From Orbicella franksi (Eukaryota): DNA of 64,000 nt. A program made the translations under genes and the position numbers. The stretch spans positions 5,890,001 to 5,954,000 of the forward strand of contig OZ116707.1 of NCBI GenBank assembly GCA_964199315.1. Direction: 5' to 3'. The notes under the pieces are model-generated. The model was not told where the DNA came from. It was given only the letters and a program-made list of their open reading frames with translations, and did not search any database. Of the stretch, positions 13,179 to 23,408 are shown in pieces (the first letter of the stretch is position 1; the number at the start of each line of letters is the position of its first letter).

Positions 13179-13220
13179 CGTTCACGTCTAATGCCCGGTT
13201 GGCTCGTCACGCTCTTTTAT

Positions 13221-13367
13221 TCACAAGCTTTCGAGAACATTCAAAACTGTCTTGGCTATGATGCCTACCAGTTTACCAAGACCTTTTCCCTTTTGGATCC
13301 TTCCTCTTCTCCTTCTACGTATTCCAATACGCGATGGCACTCGCCGTCTCCTTCGCCTCCTCAACAT
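13221..13367 (-). CDS. 48-aa arginine-rich, pX/mu-like core peptide (below ORF-track cutoff)
   Basis: MLRRRRRRRVPSRIGIRRRRRGRIQKGKGLGKLVGIIAKTVLNVLESL*; poly-Arg, QxGxG motif, amphipathic tail; start overlaps the upstream stop. Confidence 0.6.
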   Translation of the reverse strand: MLRRRRRRRVPSRIGIRRRRRGRIQKGKGLGKLVGIIAKTVLNVLESL

Positions 13368-13930
13368 GTCGGGTTCTGATGACGACTTGCACACACTTCA
13401 ACCTTGAATGACGCCTGAAGGTGATCACGTGTCCTTTTTATACAGGAACATGAACGCATTGTTTTTCGTAGTCTCGAACGGTCGTAAGTGGGAGGTGTGA
13501 AATCCGTCACCACGTCGTCTAACGATTGCATCTTGGTCAAAAACCCATCCAATTCCTCCACTCCAACCAGAGTGTAGTTCCTAAGTTCAGTCAGCGTCTT
13601 TTCATAAGTCGTGTAAGCGAATTTGACCATGTCCATCTTGAACGAATACTTCTTGAAATCGTTCCATCCTTTCAGTAAGGTGGCGAAAGCCGTCAATCCT
13701 ACCACCGTGTACCCATCTTTCCACACGGATCCCAAGACGATATTCACGGCCACGACCAGTAAGGCCAGTCCGTTTAGAATGGCGTTATACAATTTGTAGT
13801 AACCAAACATCTGCCTTCGACACCACCAATACTTGTGGTAGAAAGCATACAATCTGTCCAAAGGTTTCAGGGAATCCCATTCCACCACGGTAGTGAAAGG
13901 TTCATCCAATAGACAGACCGAAGTGCTCAT
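13361..13930 (-). CDS. Two-transmembrane protein, SLATT-like topology
   Basis: Hydrophobic helices LYNAILNGLALLVVAVNIVLGSVW and YTVVGLTAFATLLKGW, followed by a helical KFAYTTYEKTLTELRNY segment. Confidence 0.55.
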   Translation of the reverse strand: MSTSVCLLDEPFTTVVEWDSLKPLDRLYAFYHKYWWCRRQMFGYYKLYNAILNGLALLVVAVNIVLGSVWKDGYTVVGLTAFATLLKGWNDFKKYSFKMDMVKFAYTTYEKTLTELRNYTLVGVEELDGFLTKMQSLDDVVTDFTPPTYDRSRLRKTMRSCSCIKRTRDHLQASFKVEVCASRHQNPTC

Positions 13931-13961
13931 GACAACACTTCAACCAGTCCCAAATGTATTC

Positions 13962-14198
13962 TCACTTTCTTTCGGTACGTTCGATCCTTTTAGCTTGTTG
14001 CTCGTATTCCCAGATCTCGTCCTTGAACGCGGTTTCTACGGACTGGTTCAGGATATCCTGGACTTGTCTGTAACTATCACACTCGTCAGCGATACGTTTC
14101 ATGTCTTCGTGATCCATACTGGTATCATCCCAGTAAGAGCGAGAGCATCGACATAGATGCAAGAAGTAGGGGAACCACTTGACTTCACTCCTCAACAT
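13962..14198 (-). CDS. MLR-WFP family orphan, copy c
   Basis: MLRSEVKWFPYFLHLCR..MKRIADECDSYRQVQDIL; paralogous to 14888-15133 and 16348-16653. Confidence 0.6.
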   Translation of the reverse strand: MLRSEVKWFPYFLHLCRCSRSYWDDTSMDHEDMKRIADECDSYRQVQDILNQSVETAFKDEIWEYEQQAKRIERTERK

Positions 14199-14208
14199 GT
14201 TGTTGTTC

Positions 14209-14904
14209 TCAGTTACGTACACTGGTCGAATTGCGAGTCACAGTAGGACGTTGACCGTTTTTATAGGTAGTCGTGATCGTGTTAGTGGTCGTGATACCAG
14301 CAATGCGACGACCCGCGGCCGTTTGTTGTTGTTGTCGCAAAATCTCTTCCAATTGTTGCTGCATCTGGGCTTGGTTGAGAACACGGGTTCCTCGCCTTCA
14401 AGCTCGAGAAAGACCCGATCTCACCGACGAAGGCAGTGTGGAGTCACTGCTACTTCCGCCTCCACCTCCGCCTCTGCGTCGTCTTCCACTACCACTGGCA
14501 CTGCTTCTTCTGCGGCTCCCGGCATCACTGGGGGACGTCGGCGTGTTTTGACGTGGGACGCGTCTTGGTCGTTTCCCTCCTTGAGTAGCTCATGCCAAAG
14601 GTGTGGCGTCTGTCACTGTGGGTGAACGTCCTACCATTCGACGCAACGAATTGGGCGTACCCACTCCAGTCGTGACGTTGGTGCGTGATGCCCCCGAGCC
14701 AGCGCTACCAACACCCGCCGTGACATTGGTGCATGACGTGCCTGCGCCAGCGGTACCTACCCTGACGACCGGTGAAGGAGTGTTCAGGCTCACGCCCACA
14801 CCCGCTGCCGCTGGAATGGTAGTACCCGTTGGAACCAGCGAACTCCACGGCGAACAATCGTCCAGAGCTGAGAAGTTGAAATCATCACTATTGTAAGAGC
14901 TCAT
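14209..14904 (-). pseudogene. S/R/G/T-rich low-complexity basic protein with two in-frame TGA stops
   Basis: One frame from 14904 to 14209 interrupted only by TGA at 14590-14592 and 14398-14400; contains a 16-aa (48-bp) duplication, SGSGRRRRGGGGGGSSS, a poly-Q patch and RRIAGITTTNTITTTYKNG. Confidence 0.65.
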
Positions 14905-15133
14905 CTCTCCTTTTTCTTGCTATCTTCTCAGCGATTACTCTTTCGTTATGAATCAAATTCTCGAAATCCTCGTCGTTATATGCATTCACGATGGACCTTA
15001 CTTGATGATAACTCGAACAGAGACAGATTTGTTTCACCGTCTCGTAATCCTCTTGAAAGGAATACATGCGCCGTAGCATGGCTATGCAACGTAGAATAAA
15101 TGTAGGGAACCACTCAGCTTTGCTCCTCAACAT
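14888..15133 (-). CDS. MLR-WFP family orphan, copy b
   Basis: MLRSKAEWFPTFILRC..VKQICLCSSYHQVRSIV; start overlaps the ATPase stop. Confidence 0.6.
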   Translation of the reverse strand: MLRSKAEWFPTFILRCIAMLRRMYSFQEDYETVKQICLCSSYHQVRSIVNAYNDEDFENLIHNERVIAEKIARKRRDELLQ

Positions 15134-15786
15134 GGTGGTAGAGCAAACTGATGGCATCTTACGAATCCTTCGTCTTTTAACACACGGCTGAGGACACGTT
15201 GATCGTCCTGACTGGCCGGATGAAGATCCAATAGCATGTAACCGTAAGGACAGTCAGTGACCTTTTGAAATGTATCCAACACTTCCTGCCATTGCGTGGG
15301 AAACGATTGCAGTAATAGATTTCGTATCCCTAATTGATCCCACGGGTTCTTGAAGGCTGCGATGTAATGAGCATTGCGTGAAATGGTCTTGGCGAATTTT
15401 CCGTTAGGGAATAGATCCTGACACAAGTAAATCACCGTGATGTTCCGATGATGCGAATGTTTAGTGAAGAGATCCAACACGCGCTTGTCGTTGCCACCTT
15501 CGTCCATCAGATCGTCCAGCACCAAAACGCCCCCTCGAGGAAACCATCGGGGTAACTGTTCGCTGTCGGGGATCCCTTCATGAAACTTGACCCCTCCCTT
15601 CTTGAGCTTTTGGAAACCATCTTGCCACGATCCGTAGCAGTAATGAATACTCTTCGGTGCTCCTTGGAACAAGTCGCCGTTCTCCAAGAGCACTTTGGTG
15701 GTGAACACCGTCTTGCCACAGCCAGACGGGCCCGCTATCAACAAACTTGACGGAGTGTGAAATTGAAACGCTTTGTGTCATTCCAT
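15127..15786 (-). pseudogene. A32/FtsK-HerA-type genome packaging ATPase
   Basis: Walker A GPSGCGKT, Walker B LVLDDLM, HSHHRNITVIYLCQDLF, ISRNAHY; likely true start ATG at 15786 with a TGA at codon 3 (15778-15780). Confidence 0.92.
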
Positions 15787-15824
15787 GATCTTGAAATGGT
15801 AAATGGTCTCAAGACACTCCGTTT

Positions 15825-16310
15825 TTATCCAAACAACTTGGCCATGGGGGTCTTGACGGCCGGGATGCATTTCAATAGACTCAAGATGGTGACCCTACGA
15901 TTGAAACAGATGGGGTTTTTGGCTCGACTCTTGCGTTTTGCGAGTTTCCTCACCTGGAAATTCTTGGCAAACCACTCTTTTCCCCTCTTGATCTTGGCTG
16001 CGGCTCTCCTGGCAGCTGCTCTCTTGGGACGCGCTCTCTTGGCAGGCACTCTCTTTCAAGGTTTCTTTATGAATTTACCCAAATCTCCGAACTTGTCTTC
16101 GTACCAATGCCTCTTTTTCATTCTTCTTTTCCTATCTTCTTTCTTGGAAAGCCTCGGCATGGATGGCGCTCTCTTGCGTTTCCTGCGAGTTGTCACCGTG
16201 GTCGGTAACGCGCTGGTGTTAAGGACACTGTGTTTCGCGTTGTACTCGTCTTGCAGTCTCTGAGGACTGTTGATCAAGGCTCTGTATAGCTCTTGAAGTT
16301 CAGCGTTCAT
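15825..16310 (-). pseudogene. Lys/Arg-rich putative DNA-condensing protein
   Basis: ORFs 16056-16310 and 15825-16049 are in frame across one TGA (KKP*KRVPAKRARPKRAAARRAAAK). Confidence 0.6.
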
Positions 16311-16347
16311 TGCAAGTGAATGAGCAAGTTAGTTTTTACCACACCTT

Positions 16348-16653
16348 TTATGCACTTGCAAAGTGATGGTGTAAGAACTTATTGCCATAGCGAAGAACGT
16401 GCCAGTACGGGTAACACTTATAATCTCTGCAAGCGTCTGTTTGAAGTCTGGCTCTCGTACGCAGTTGGAACAGGTCGTATCGAAGCAAATGATCTTTTTC
16501 CTGATCCAGTATGAATCGGACTCGACGATAACTGTCACAATCCGAAATGCGTTTCAGGACCTGTCTACGAGGATGATCCGAGGACAAGTTGAGATACCTG
16601 TCTCGACACAGTTCCAGGAATCGAGGGAACCATCTGACCTCACCACGCAACAT
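16348..16653 (-). CDS. MLR-WFP family orphan, copy a
   Basis: MLRGEVRWFPRFLELCR..LKRISDCDSYRRVRFIL. Confidence 0.6.
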   Translation of the reverse strand: MLRGEVRWFPRFLELCRDRYLNLSSDHPRRQVLKRISDCDSYRRVRFILDQEKDHLLRYDLFQLRTRARLQTDACRDYKCYPYWHVLRYGNKFLHHHFASA

Positions 16654-16693
16654 CTTTTCAAAAATGAACACTTTTTTATTCAAACAGCTTACT

Positions 16694-17257
16694 TCAACAA
16701 ATGACGCACTCCTCTGGAGGAACCGCACATGTCCTGGTGACACAGGATTTTAAAATCTTGCGCCAAGCCAACTCGTCCATGATCAAACGTTTCAACATCT
16801 GTCCTACTTTACGATCGTTCTCCACAAACTTGTTTTTCTTAAAACGACTCAAGAATGCCTTCATGTCACGACCTTCGGCTCGGTCGATCAGGAACATCAG
16901 GGTGTAGCCGCCGCAACTCTGACCGAAGAGTGACTGTAGACTATTACCGTTGAAAATATGGTACTTGAAATGACGGTCCAACCATTTTTGGATTGGCTCG
17001 GCGGTTCCGTACACGTCCAACAGCAGACCCTAACTGTCCAGGATCTCGCACTTGTCCTTGTTGGCCCACAAAGCAATCCAATGCATACCCAGTTTATCGT
17101 GAGGGTCCGTGTTCAAGATGTAAGTGGTCAGTCCTTCTTGAGGTAGTGTCTTGGGAAGCCGATCACAAGGTACTGTTCCGTAAAAAACACAGCGTAGTGA
17201 CGGATTCGTTCAGGCCAAATGATCCAATTGTAAATTATTCAAGGCTACTTTCTCCAT
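16694..17257 (-). pseudogene. Adenain-like cysteine maturation protease
   Basis: 188-codon frame from ATG 17257 with two stops; catalytic residues in NTDPHDKLGMHW (H), ILDS (D), SLQSL (Q), QSCGGY (C). Confidence 0.9.
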
Positions 17258-17267
17258 TTTTTCTTTT

Positions 17268-18647
17268 TCATTGGTACACGTCGTAGATGACAACTCGGTT
17301 CTCATTGATCTCCAGGAAGTTCTCGAATTTGCAGTACAACAAGATGGTCAGGTTTGATCCTGGATTGTCTCCAAAATCGATCACCAGATGCAGCTCACCT
17401 TCCTGCTTGGGGTTCAACACTGAACTGTCCAAACTTCCGTTGGCTGTGTTGTCAAATACAAACAGGTTGCATCTCTTGCCGTGCCCCCAGTCCTCTTTTC
17501 TGACCATGTTTCCTTTTCCCCTGCACAAAGCTCCTGAACCCTGGAGGAATCTGTAGTAGCCTCTCAGATCTTTACTGTCATCATCATGTTTGAGCTCCAA
17601 GGTCTCGTAGGGGTACTCTTCACCTCTCACCAATTGTTTGATGGAAGCGAGATTGAATTTTTCAAAGGAGAATGGATTGATCATGATAGTTCCATTGAAG
17701 GCTGTTTGTGTCATCAACACCACCACCAACCGATTAGGATGCTTATTGTGGAAAGGATTGCTGCACTCAAAATGACGATTGTCAGTGGGATGAGAGTAGG
17801 TTTGAATTTCACCTCTCACCGTGGGGTAGGTGGCCACTCTTCCACCTTTCATGCTGGACATGATTTCTCGGTACACCGAGGGAGTCACTCTCACTTGGGA
17901 CAGGAACAATCTCACATTCACGTCGGCTTCAGTCAGTCTGATACTATCGGCACCTGCCCATCGTACGGTCCACAGAGCTGGGGCATTGAAGTACATGTCG
18001 ATCTGGATCTGCATGCCAGGTACTAGTAACTTGCTGAGATGAAACACTTCCAGGTAAGGTTTGAACCTCAAAGTCACTCTCTTTCCACCAAAAAACTGAA
18101 TTCGACTTTGAACCATGTTCTTGAGATCTTGGGGTAAGGCACCATAATCTGCGTGAATCGGATCCAACTTATTGGCTGTCATTACATCCGCATCTCCACG
18201 ACTGGGTACACTGAGACAATTGTACCAACCCTGGGGTTTCAGGATCGATTCACCGTCGTCTCGGTCGTGGTTCAACAGCGCTTCTATGTAGGCTTTGTAG
18301 TGGTAAGTATCGGTCTGGGGGCTGATGAGAGTGCCATTCGATCTCACATTGATCTGTTTGAAGAGAGTGTGGGCCAGATTGTTGGCGAGTCCAATGAGAT
18401 TCGCTTGTGCTATATTGCCTCCGGTAGGTGTCTTAATGGCCAACTCCACTTCGAAGAAACTCTCGTTCAGGTCGATAAAGTCTTGAGGATCGACTTGGAA
18501 GGTCACTGGGTTGATCCCAGTATTGAATGGATTGATTCTCACCACACGTCGAGACGACATGCTGAGATCCATGGGAGGGGTCTGGAACATGCCCAGGCGG
18601 GGGTTATGAACCCCCGCCGACCTGGCATGAGCCACCAGGTCCATCAT
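17268..18647 (-). CDS. Major capsid protein (double jelly-roll, Polinton type)
   Basis: Uninterrupted 459-aa ORF with LFKQINVRSNG, YHYKAYIEALL, NPFSFEKFNL, GEEYPY, FENFLEIN segments characteristic of Polinton MCPs; adjacent to protease; TATAAA at ~18735-18740. Confidence 0.88.
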   Translation of the reverse strand: MMDLVAHARSAGVHNPRLGMFQTPPMDLSMSSRRVVRINPFNTGINPVTFQVDPQDFIDLNESFFEVELAIKTPTGGNIAQANLIGLANNLAHTLFKQINVRSNGTLISPQTDTYHYKAYIEALLNHDRDDGESILKPQGWYNCLSVPSRGDADVMTANKLDPIHADYGALPQDLKNMVQSRIQFFGGKRVTLRFKPYLEVFHLSKLLVPGMQIQIDMYFNAPALWTVRWAGADSIRLTEADVNVRLFLSQVRVTPSVYREIMSSMKGGRVATYPTVRGEIQTYSHPTDNRHFECSNPFHNKHPNRLVVVLMTQTAFNGTIMINPFSFEKFNLASIKQLVRGEEYPYETLELKHDDDSKDLRGYYRFLQGSGALCRGKGNMVRKEDWGHGKRCNLFVFDNTANGSLDSSVLNPKQEGELHLVIDFGDNPGSNLTILLYCKFENFLEINENRVVIYDVYQ

Positions 18648-18790
18648 CGTCGTCTACGTCGTCTTTTTCGTTGTACACTTCTCAGTGCGGACTGTACCCA
18701 ACGAGCGTGAGCGTGTCTGGAATATCGAACCGCCTTTATACGTGCATATTCCTCCAGGTAGACATCTCACGCGTCTTGAGTAGATGGGAA

Positions 18791-19085
18791 TCATGATCCA
18801 AACAGGTCTTTTCTTTTTCTTTTACTACCCAACACGCGTTGCATCTCTTGCGTCGCTTTACGTTTCCCGGAGTATATGGCACCTCGCCTTAACCCTGCGA
18901 GTGCACCTTTCCAATTGGGCTTTCCTCCTTTGCCACCCGAATTTAAACCTTTCAGACTCTTGATGGCCGTCTCTTTCAGAACGTCCAGGACCTCGTTTCT
19001 TGATGCCTTTCCAAACCTGACCGAATATGCCGGAACCCGTTTGTTATCCGTCGGGATGAAACCGTATCAAAGTTCCCCCGATCAT
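18791..19085 (-). pseudogene. Basic core protein precursor with QxGxG motif
   Basis: MIGG..*QTGSGIFGQVWKGIKKR, frameshift, LKETAIKSLKG..KRKRKDLFGS*; start overlaps the penton 3 stop (ATGA). Confidence 0.6.
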
Positions 19086-20119
19086 GATTTCTTGAAGTGT
19101 AACATCACGATCGTATGGCCAGATCCAAATGTTGTCAGTTCTCCAGTTGTCTCGGCCACCTGCACTTCTATAATGTCGAGCACTTCCTTGCGCACGGGAA
19201 TATATTGAAAGTGATTGGGTTCAAAGTACTGAACACCAGCTCCTCTTTGAATCAAGTTGACCCCTCTCAGTAAATCTGTGACTTGATTTCCTACCACACT
19301 TCCACCTCCCACGTCAGAGTAAACAAACAAGGAACGCAAACCTGTTCCAATCACACTTTCAAAAGCTTTGTTCAGGTTCAGAAAACGCCAATCACAAAAG
19401 ATGCTGAGTCTCAAAAAATCAGCATTTTTGAGTGGGTTTTTTACGACATTAAAAAAAAACACAATTTCCATCAGAATCATATAAGTCTCCATTGCTTTGA
19501 ATGTCTGGAATGACATCATCGAAAAATTTGATTCGCAAGTTTGGGCCTAGCACGTAACTATTTCCCTTCTCCAGGATCCATCCCATTTTCAAAGCCAGAT
19601 CGACGTTAAATCATAATGCAGGTGTATCCGTTCTGGAATGTAAGATGTCTTTGTTATCTGTGACCAGGTCTTCACCTTCCCACTTGAATGCGACGTAGGT
19701 TCTTTTACCATCACTCGTGACATATCTTGAGTTTAATCTCGGTCCAGGGTATTTGAAGACACGTTCCCTTTCGAAGTAGCTGAGAATGGATTTCATGAAT
19801 TCAACTCCGTTCACGTTGCTGAAAACCTCTTTGACATTTTCGGTGCTAAATAAAGCTTCTCCAAACGAATGCCCATTTGAAGTTCGAGGTTCAACGCGTC
19901 TCCATGCGGTATAGGCCAAGGTGACTTTATCTTCAGAATCGGTAAAGGAAGGAAGCGTCACATGAGCATCTGGCATAGGATGCTAAACAACCCCACTTTC
20001 CATCCATGTCCCTCCAGACGTATGGGATTGGGTAGCCTGATCTTGAAACTGTTGGCCTTGTTCTCGGGAAACTCGTTCTTACTGCTGTGACTGGGTAAGC
20101 TGACGTAAAAATCATTCAG
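19082..20119 (-). pseudogene. Penton (minor capsid) copy 3
   Basis: N-terminal NDFYVSLPSHSSKNEFPENKANSFKIRLP..GWKVGL and C-terminal LFVYSDVG..VTDLLR..IEVQVAE..LHFKKS; several frameshifts; start codon appears as CTG. Confidence 0.8.
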
Positions 20120-21148
20120 CGTTTGAAATGCAACGTGATCGTCGTCACACCCGAAGCAAAGTTCACCAGTTGTCCGTCGTTCTCAGACACTTGCGTCTCG
20201 ACGATGTCCAAAAAGGTTGTGCGCACCGGTAGATATAGGATGTGTCTCGGTTGAAAGTCAACCACCTCCGGATCGTAACGAACTCGTTTCAACAGATCCG
20301 TGACTTGATTTCCCATCACCATACTCTGACCCACATTCGAATACACAAACAAAGAACGACGATTGTGACCAAACGCTTCTTCGTAACTACGATCCAGGTC
20401 CGTGAAAACCCAACTGATGTAACAACTCAGATGTAATGCGTCCGGGTTGATCTTGTAAAATAACTCATTCCCAGAAGGTATGGGTTTGACCAAGTCCAAG
20501 GCCGTGGGTACGACTTCCTTGGGATATTCTTTTCTCAAGTTGGGTCCCAAGACGTAACCCGGTTGTCCGTTATCCAACGTTCCCATCTTGACCCATTTCA
20601 TCTTGGCCAATTCAATCCCAATGGACATTTGTGGAAAGACGCGTTTACCGTTGATGTCGAGGGTGGTGCACGTTCTCGAGTTGTTGAGGACGCATTCTCC
20701 ATTCTCAGCCCGATGCATGACCATGTACAGCAATTCCGTGGGATTGTCGGGTTTGCTCTTTTTCTTGTACATTGTCGCGTCAACCGACGCTCGTAAACTC
20801 ATCCTCCACATGTATTGATCTCGTATCATGTTCAGTAACTCAGTACCGTTCCTCGGCGTGAATTCCAAATCGCCTTCTCATCACTCTAGAGACATCAGTG
20901 TATATGTTTCGGGCTGGGTCCACCATCTCGATCCACCAGATTTCAAACAGAATAGAATCTTTCAAGTCCATCTTACGAACAGCGGACGGAAAAGAGAGGT
21001 TGCTGATACCCACTTTCCATCCTGATTCTCTCAACTGTAATGGGTTCGGCAAACAATTCTTGAAACTGTTGGCCTTGTTGTCCGGGAACTCGCTCGTACT
21101 GGCGTTGCTCAGCAACTGCACGTAAAAGTCATCGGGAGACTCATTCAT
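20116..21148 (-). pseudogene. Penton copy 2
   Basis: DFYVQLLSNASTSEFPDNKANSFKN..GWKVGI N-terminus; LFVYSNVG..VTDLLK..LHFKR C-terminus; one frameshift near 20870. Confidence 0.85.
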
Positions 21149-21968
21149 CCTTAAAGTGTAATGTCACCGAGGTCACACCCGATTCAAAGTCCACCAGTCT
21201 TCCGTCGTTCTCGGCCAATTGCACCTCCACTATATCCAAAACATTGCTGCGTACAGGTTTATATTGAATCTGAGACGGTTCGTACGTCGTCTTGATAGGG
21301 TCGTGGGGTTCTTCTCTCAATAGGTCCGTCACTCGATTCCCAGTGATCATGCTACGACCTACATTCGAATACAAGTACATGGGACTGCGAGGAGGAGGGA
21401 TGTCCAGATGGACGATGACTCCATGATAGACCTTGGCGTATTCCTCGTCCAGGTAACTGAAGTGCCAGTTGCAATAGGGACTGAGCTGTAACACCCCTTC
21501 GCTGCTCAAATTCCAAAAGTTATGAGTGCGAGTGGCGTCATGGTTTGACCAGTCTTTCTTGAAATCAGCTGGGACAGTGTCGTTTTGGAACATTTTGATC
21601 ATATTCGTATTCAAGTGAACGGAGTAATACGATTTCTCGTTAATCAAACCCAATGTCTTAACCAGTTTAGGACCAAAAAGCACTCTGGGACGTTCTCTGT
21701 CTCGGGATGTGTTGAGGAACATGTCGGTGTTATCCAGAATCAAATCATTCCCCTCCCATCTGAACACGGGGTAGTATTTTTTTCCATCCGGCGCTCGTAG
21801 ACTTTCATTTGTGCGATCCATATAATGATACATTCTTTCATGAAAATGATTGATGAGGTATTGCATGAGAGATCTACCACTCGGAGACTGGGGCGAGTAC
21901 AAGATGGCGGAATAGACGTGTTTTTTGAAGCTCCGTCAGCAGTGGCCGTAAAACCTTTATTGCAGCCT

Positions 21969-22887
21969 ATGTCTGCTAACTTATTTAAGAGAAAGGTTCG
22001 GTCACCATCTGCAGACTTTTATGCCAACATACCTGAAGAAAAAAGGATGCGAGACCACACTGAGTCAGAATATAGTGAAAGGCAAGACGAAGCGTTTGGG
22101 CCGACCACGTGCAATGGCGGTAGAGATTGCCACAAAGATGGACTTAGTACTGTCCAAATTGGATAATATAGAAAGCAGGCTGAACAGTGTGTGCTTGTCA
22201 GTAGCCAACATCGAGGAAGCGTTAACCAACCTTGAAAAAGATGTTGCGGACATGAAAGTTAAAACTGAAGGCAACGAAACAGACGTAAATCAGCTCAAAG
22301 AAAGGGTGGATTTTAACGAGGGAGGTATTGCGGAGGCGAAGCGTGATGCGGCGGCTGTAAAACTAGAAGCAGAGAAACTTAAAATGAACCTGCTGTACTT
22401 TGAAACTTACAATAGGAGAGAAAATTTAAAGTTCTTCGGAATAGAGGAAAATACAAGTAACGTCGCCGAAGACACCGGAGACGCGAATATGGATGGTTCG
22501 CCGCATATGACCGAAGACACAAAGCAAGTCATGTACAACTTTCTGGAGCAAGAGTTGAAGATCAGCAACGCTAGAGACAGGATAGAGCTCCAAAGGATCC
22601 ACCGTCTGGGTAAGCCAAGTGATAAAGGTCCTAGACCAATTATTGCTAGATTTCTGCGCTAGACTGATAGAGAAGAAGTTATGTCACAAGCCCGCAAGCA
22701 TCTGAAGGGAAAAGATTTCTCTGTCTTCGATGATATTCCAAAGGAACTTTATGACTTAAGGAAAAAACAGCGAGATAAACTTAAAGATGCAAGGAAGAAG
22801 GGTCACACAGCGTTTTTCAGTAAGAAATATCCGGACAGATTATATATTGATGGAAAATTTATTTCTCAAGATGAGCCTTTCGCTTAA
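21969..22887 (+). pseudogene. L1 ORF1 protein (coiled coil, RRM, CTD)
   Basis: Heptad-rich region, NRRENLKFFGIEE, IHRLGK..RPIIARFLR; a frameshift near 22100 and a TAG at 22660-22662. Confidence 0.82.
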
Positions 22888-23408
22888 TTTTCAAATTTAC
22901 ATATGTAGATTTTGGACAGGTTATTTTTTGTTCTTTTTTTTTGCATGCCTTTTCTCACCTAATACTTGCCACTTAAATTTCTACTAAACACAAGCTCGAT
23001 AAGCTGCAAAAACAAGACAAATTAATTCCATCCTTAGCCGCCACAAAAGGAGCGGAACATCAAACACGCTATTTACCGATGGTGTGAAACTGCCCAAACA
23101 AAAACTTCGATGCACTGGGTAGGTAAGCAGTCAATATTCATTCTTAGCTTTTTGTTTTGTAATTATGTGTTAGGTTGTCCAAGCTTTATACTTGTTATAG
23201 TCACTCTGTATGAGTGTGTCTTGTGGTTAGCTTTTAGATCAGTATTTGCTTCCAATGTTTGGAAGCTCCCATTTATATACAGAATTAGCTTGTTCAAGGA
23301 TTATTATAGAAAACCGTTAATTTCAAGCACCCGCATTATCTTCAACATGGTTGTGACACTTCAGCTGCTCCCAGGAATAATTTTTATCTCTAGACACTTT
23401 GAGGATGC

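Noticed and set aside
15757-18710. Long plus-strand ORFs (15757-16263, 17586-18026, 18153-18710; also 33868-34446)
   Set aside because: Antisense shadows of minus-strand viral genes; no motifs of their own.
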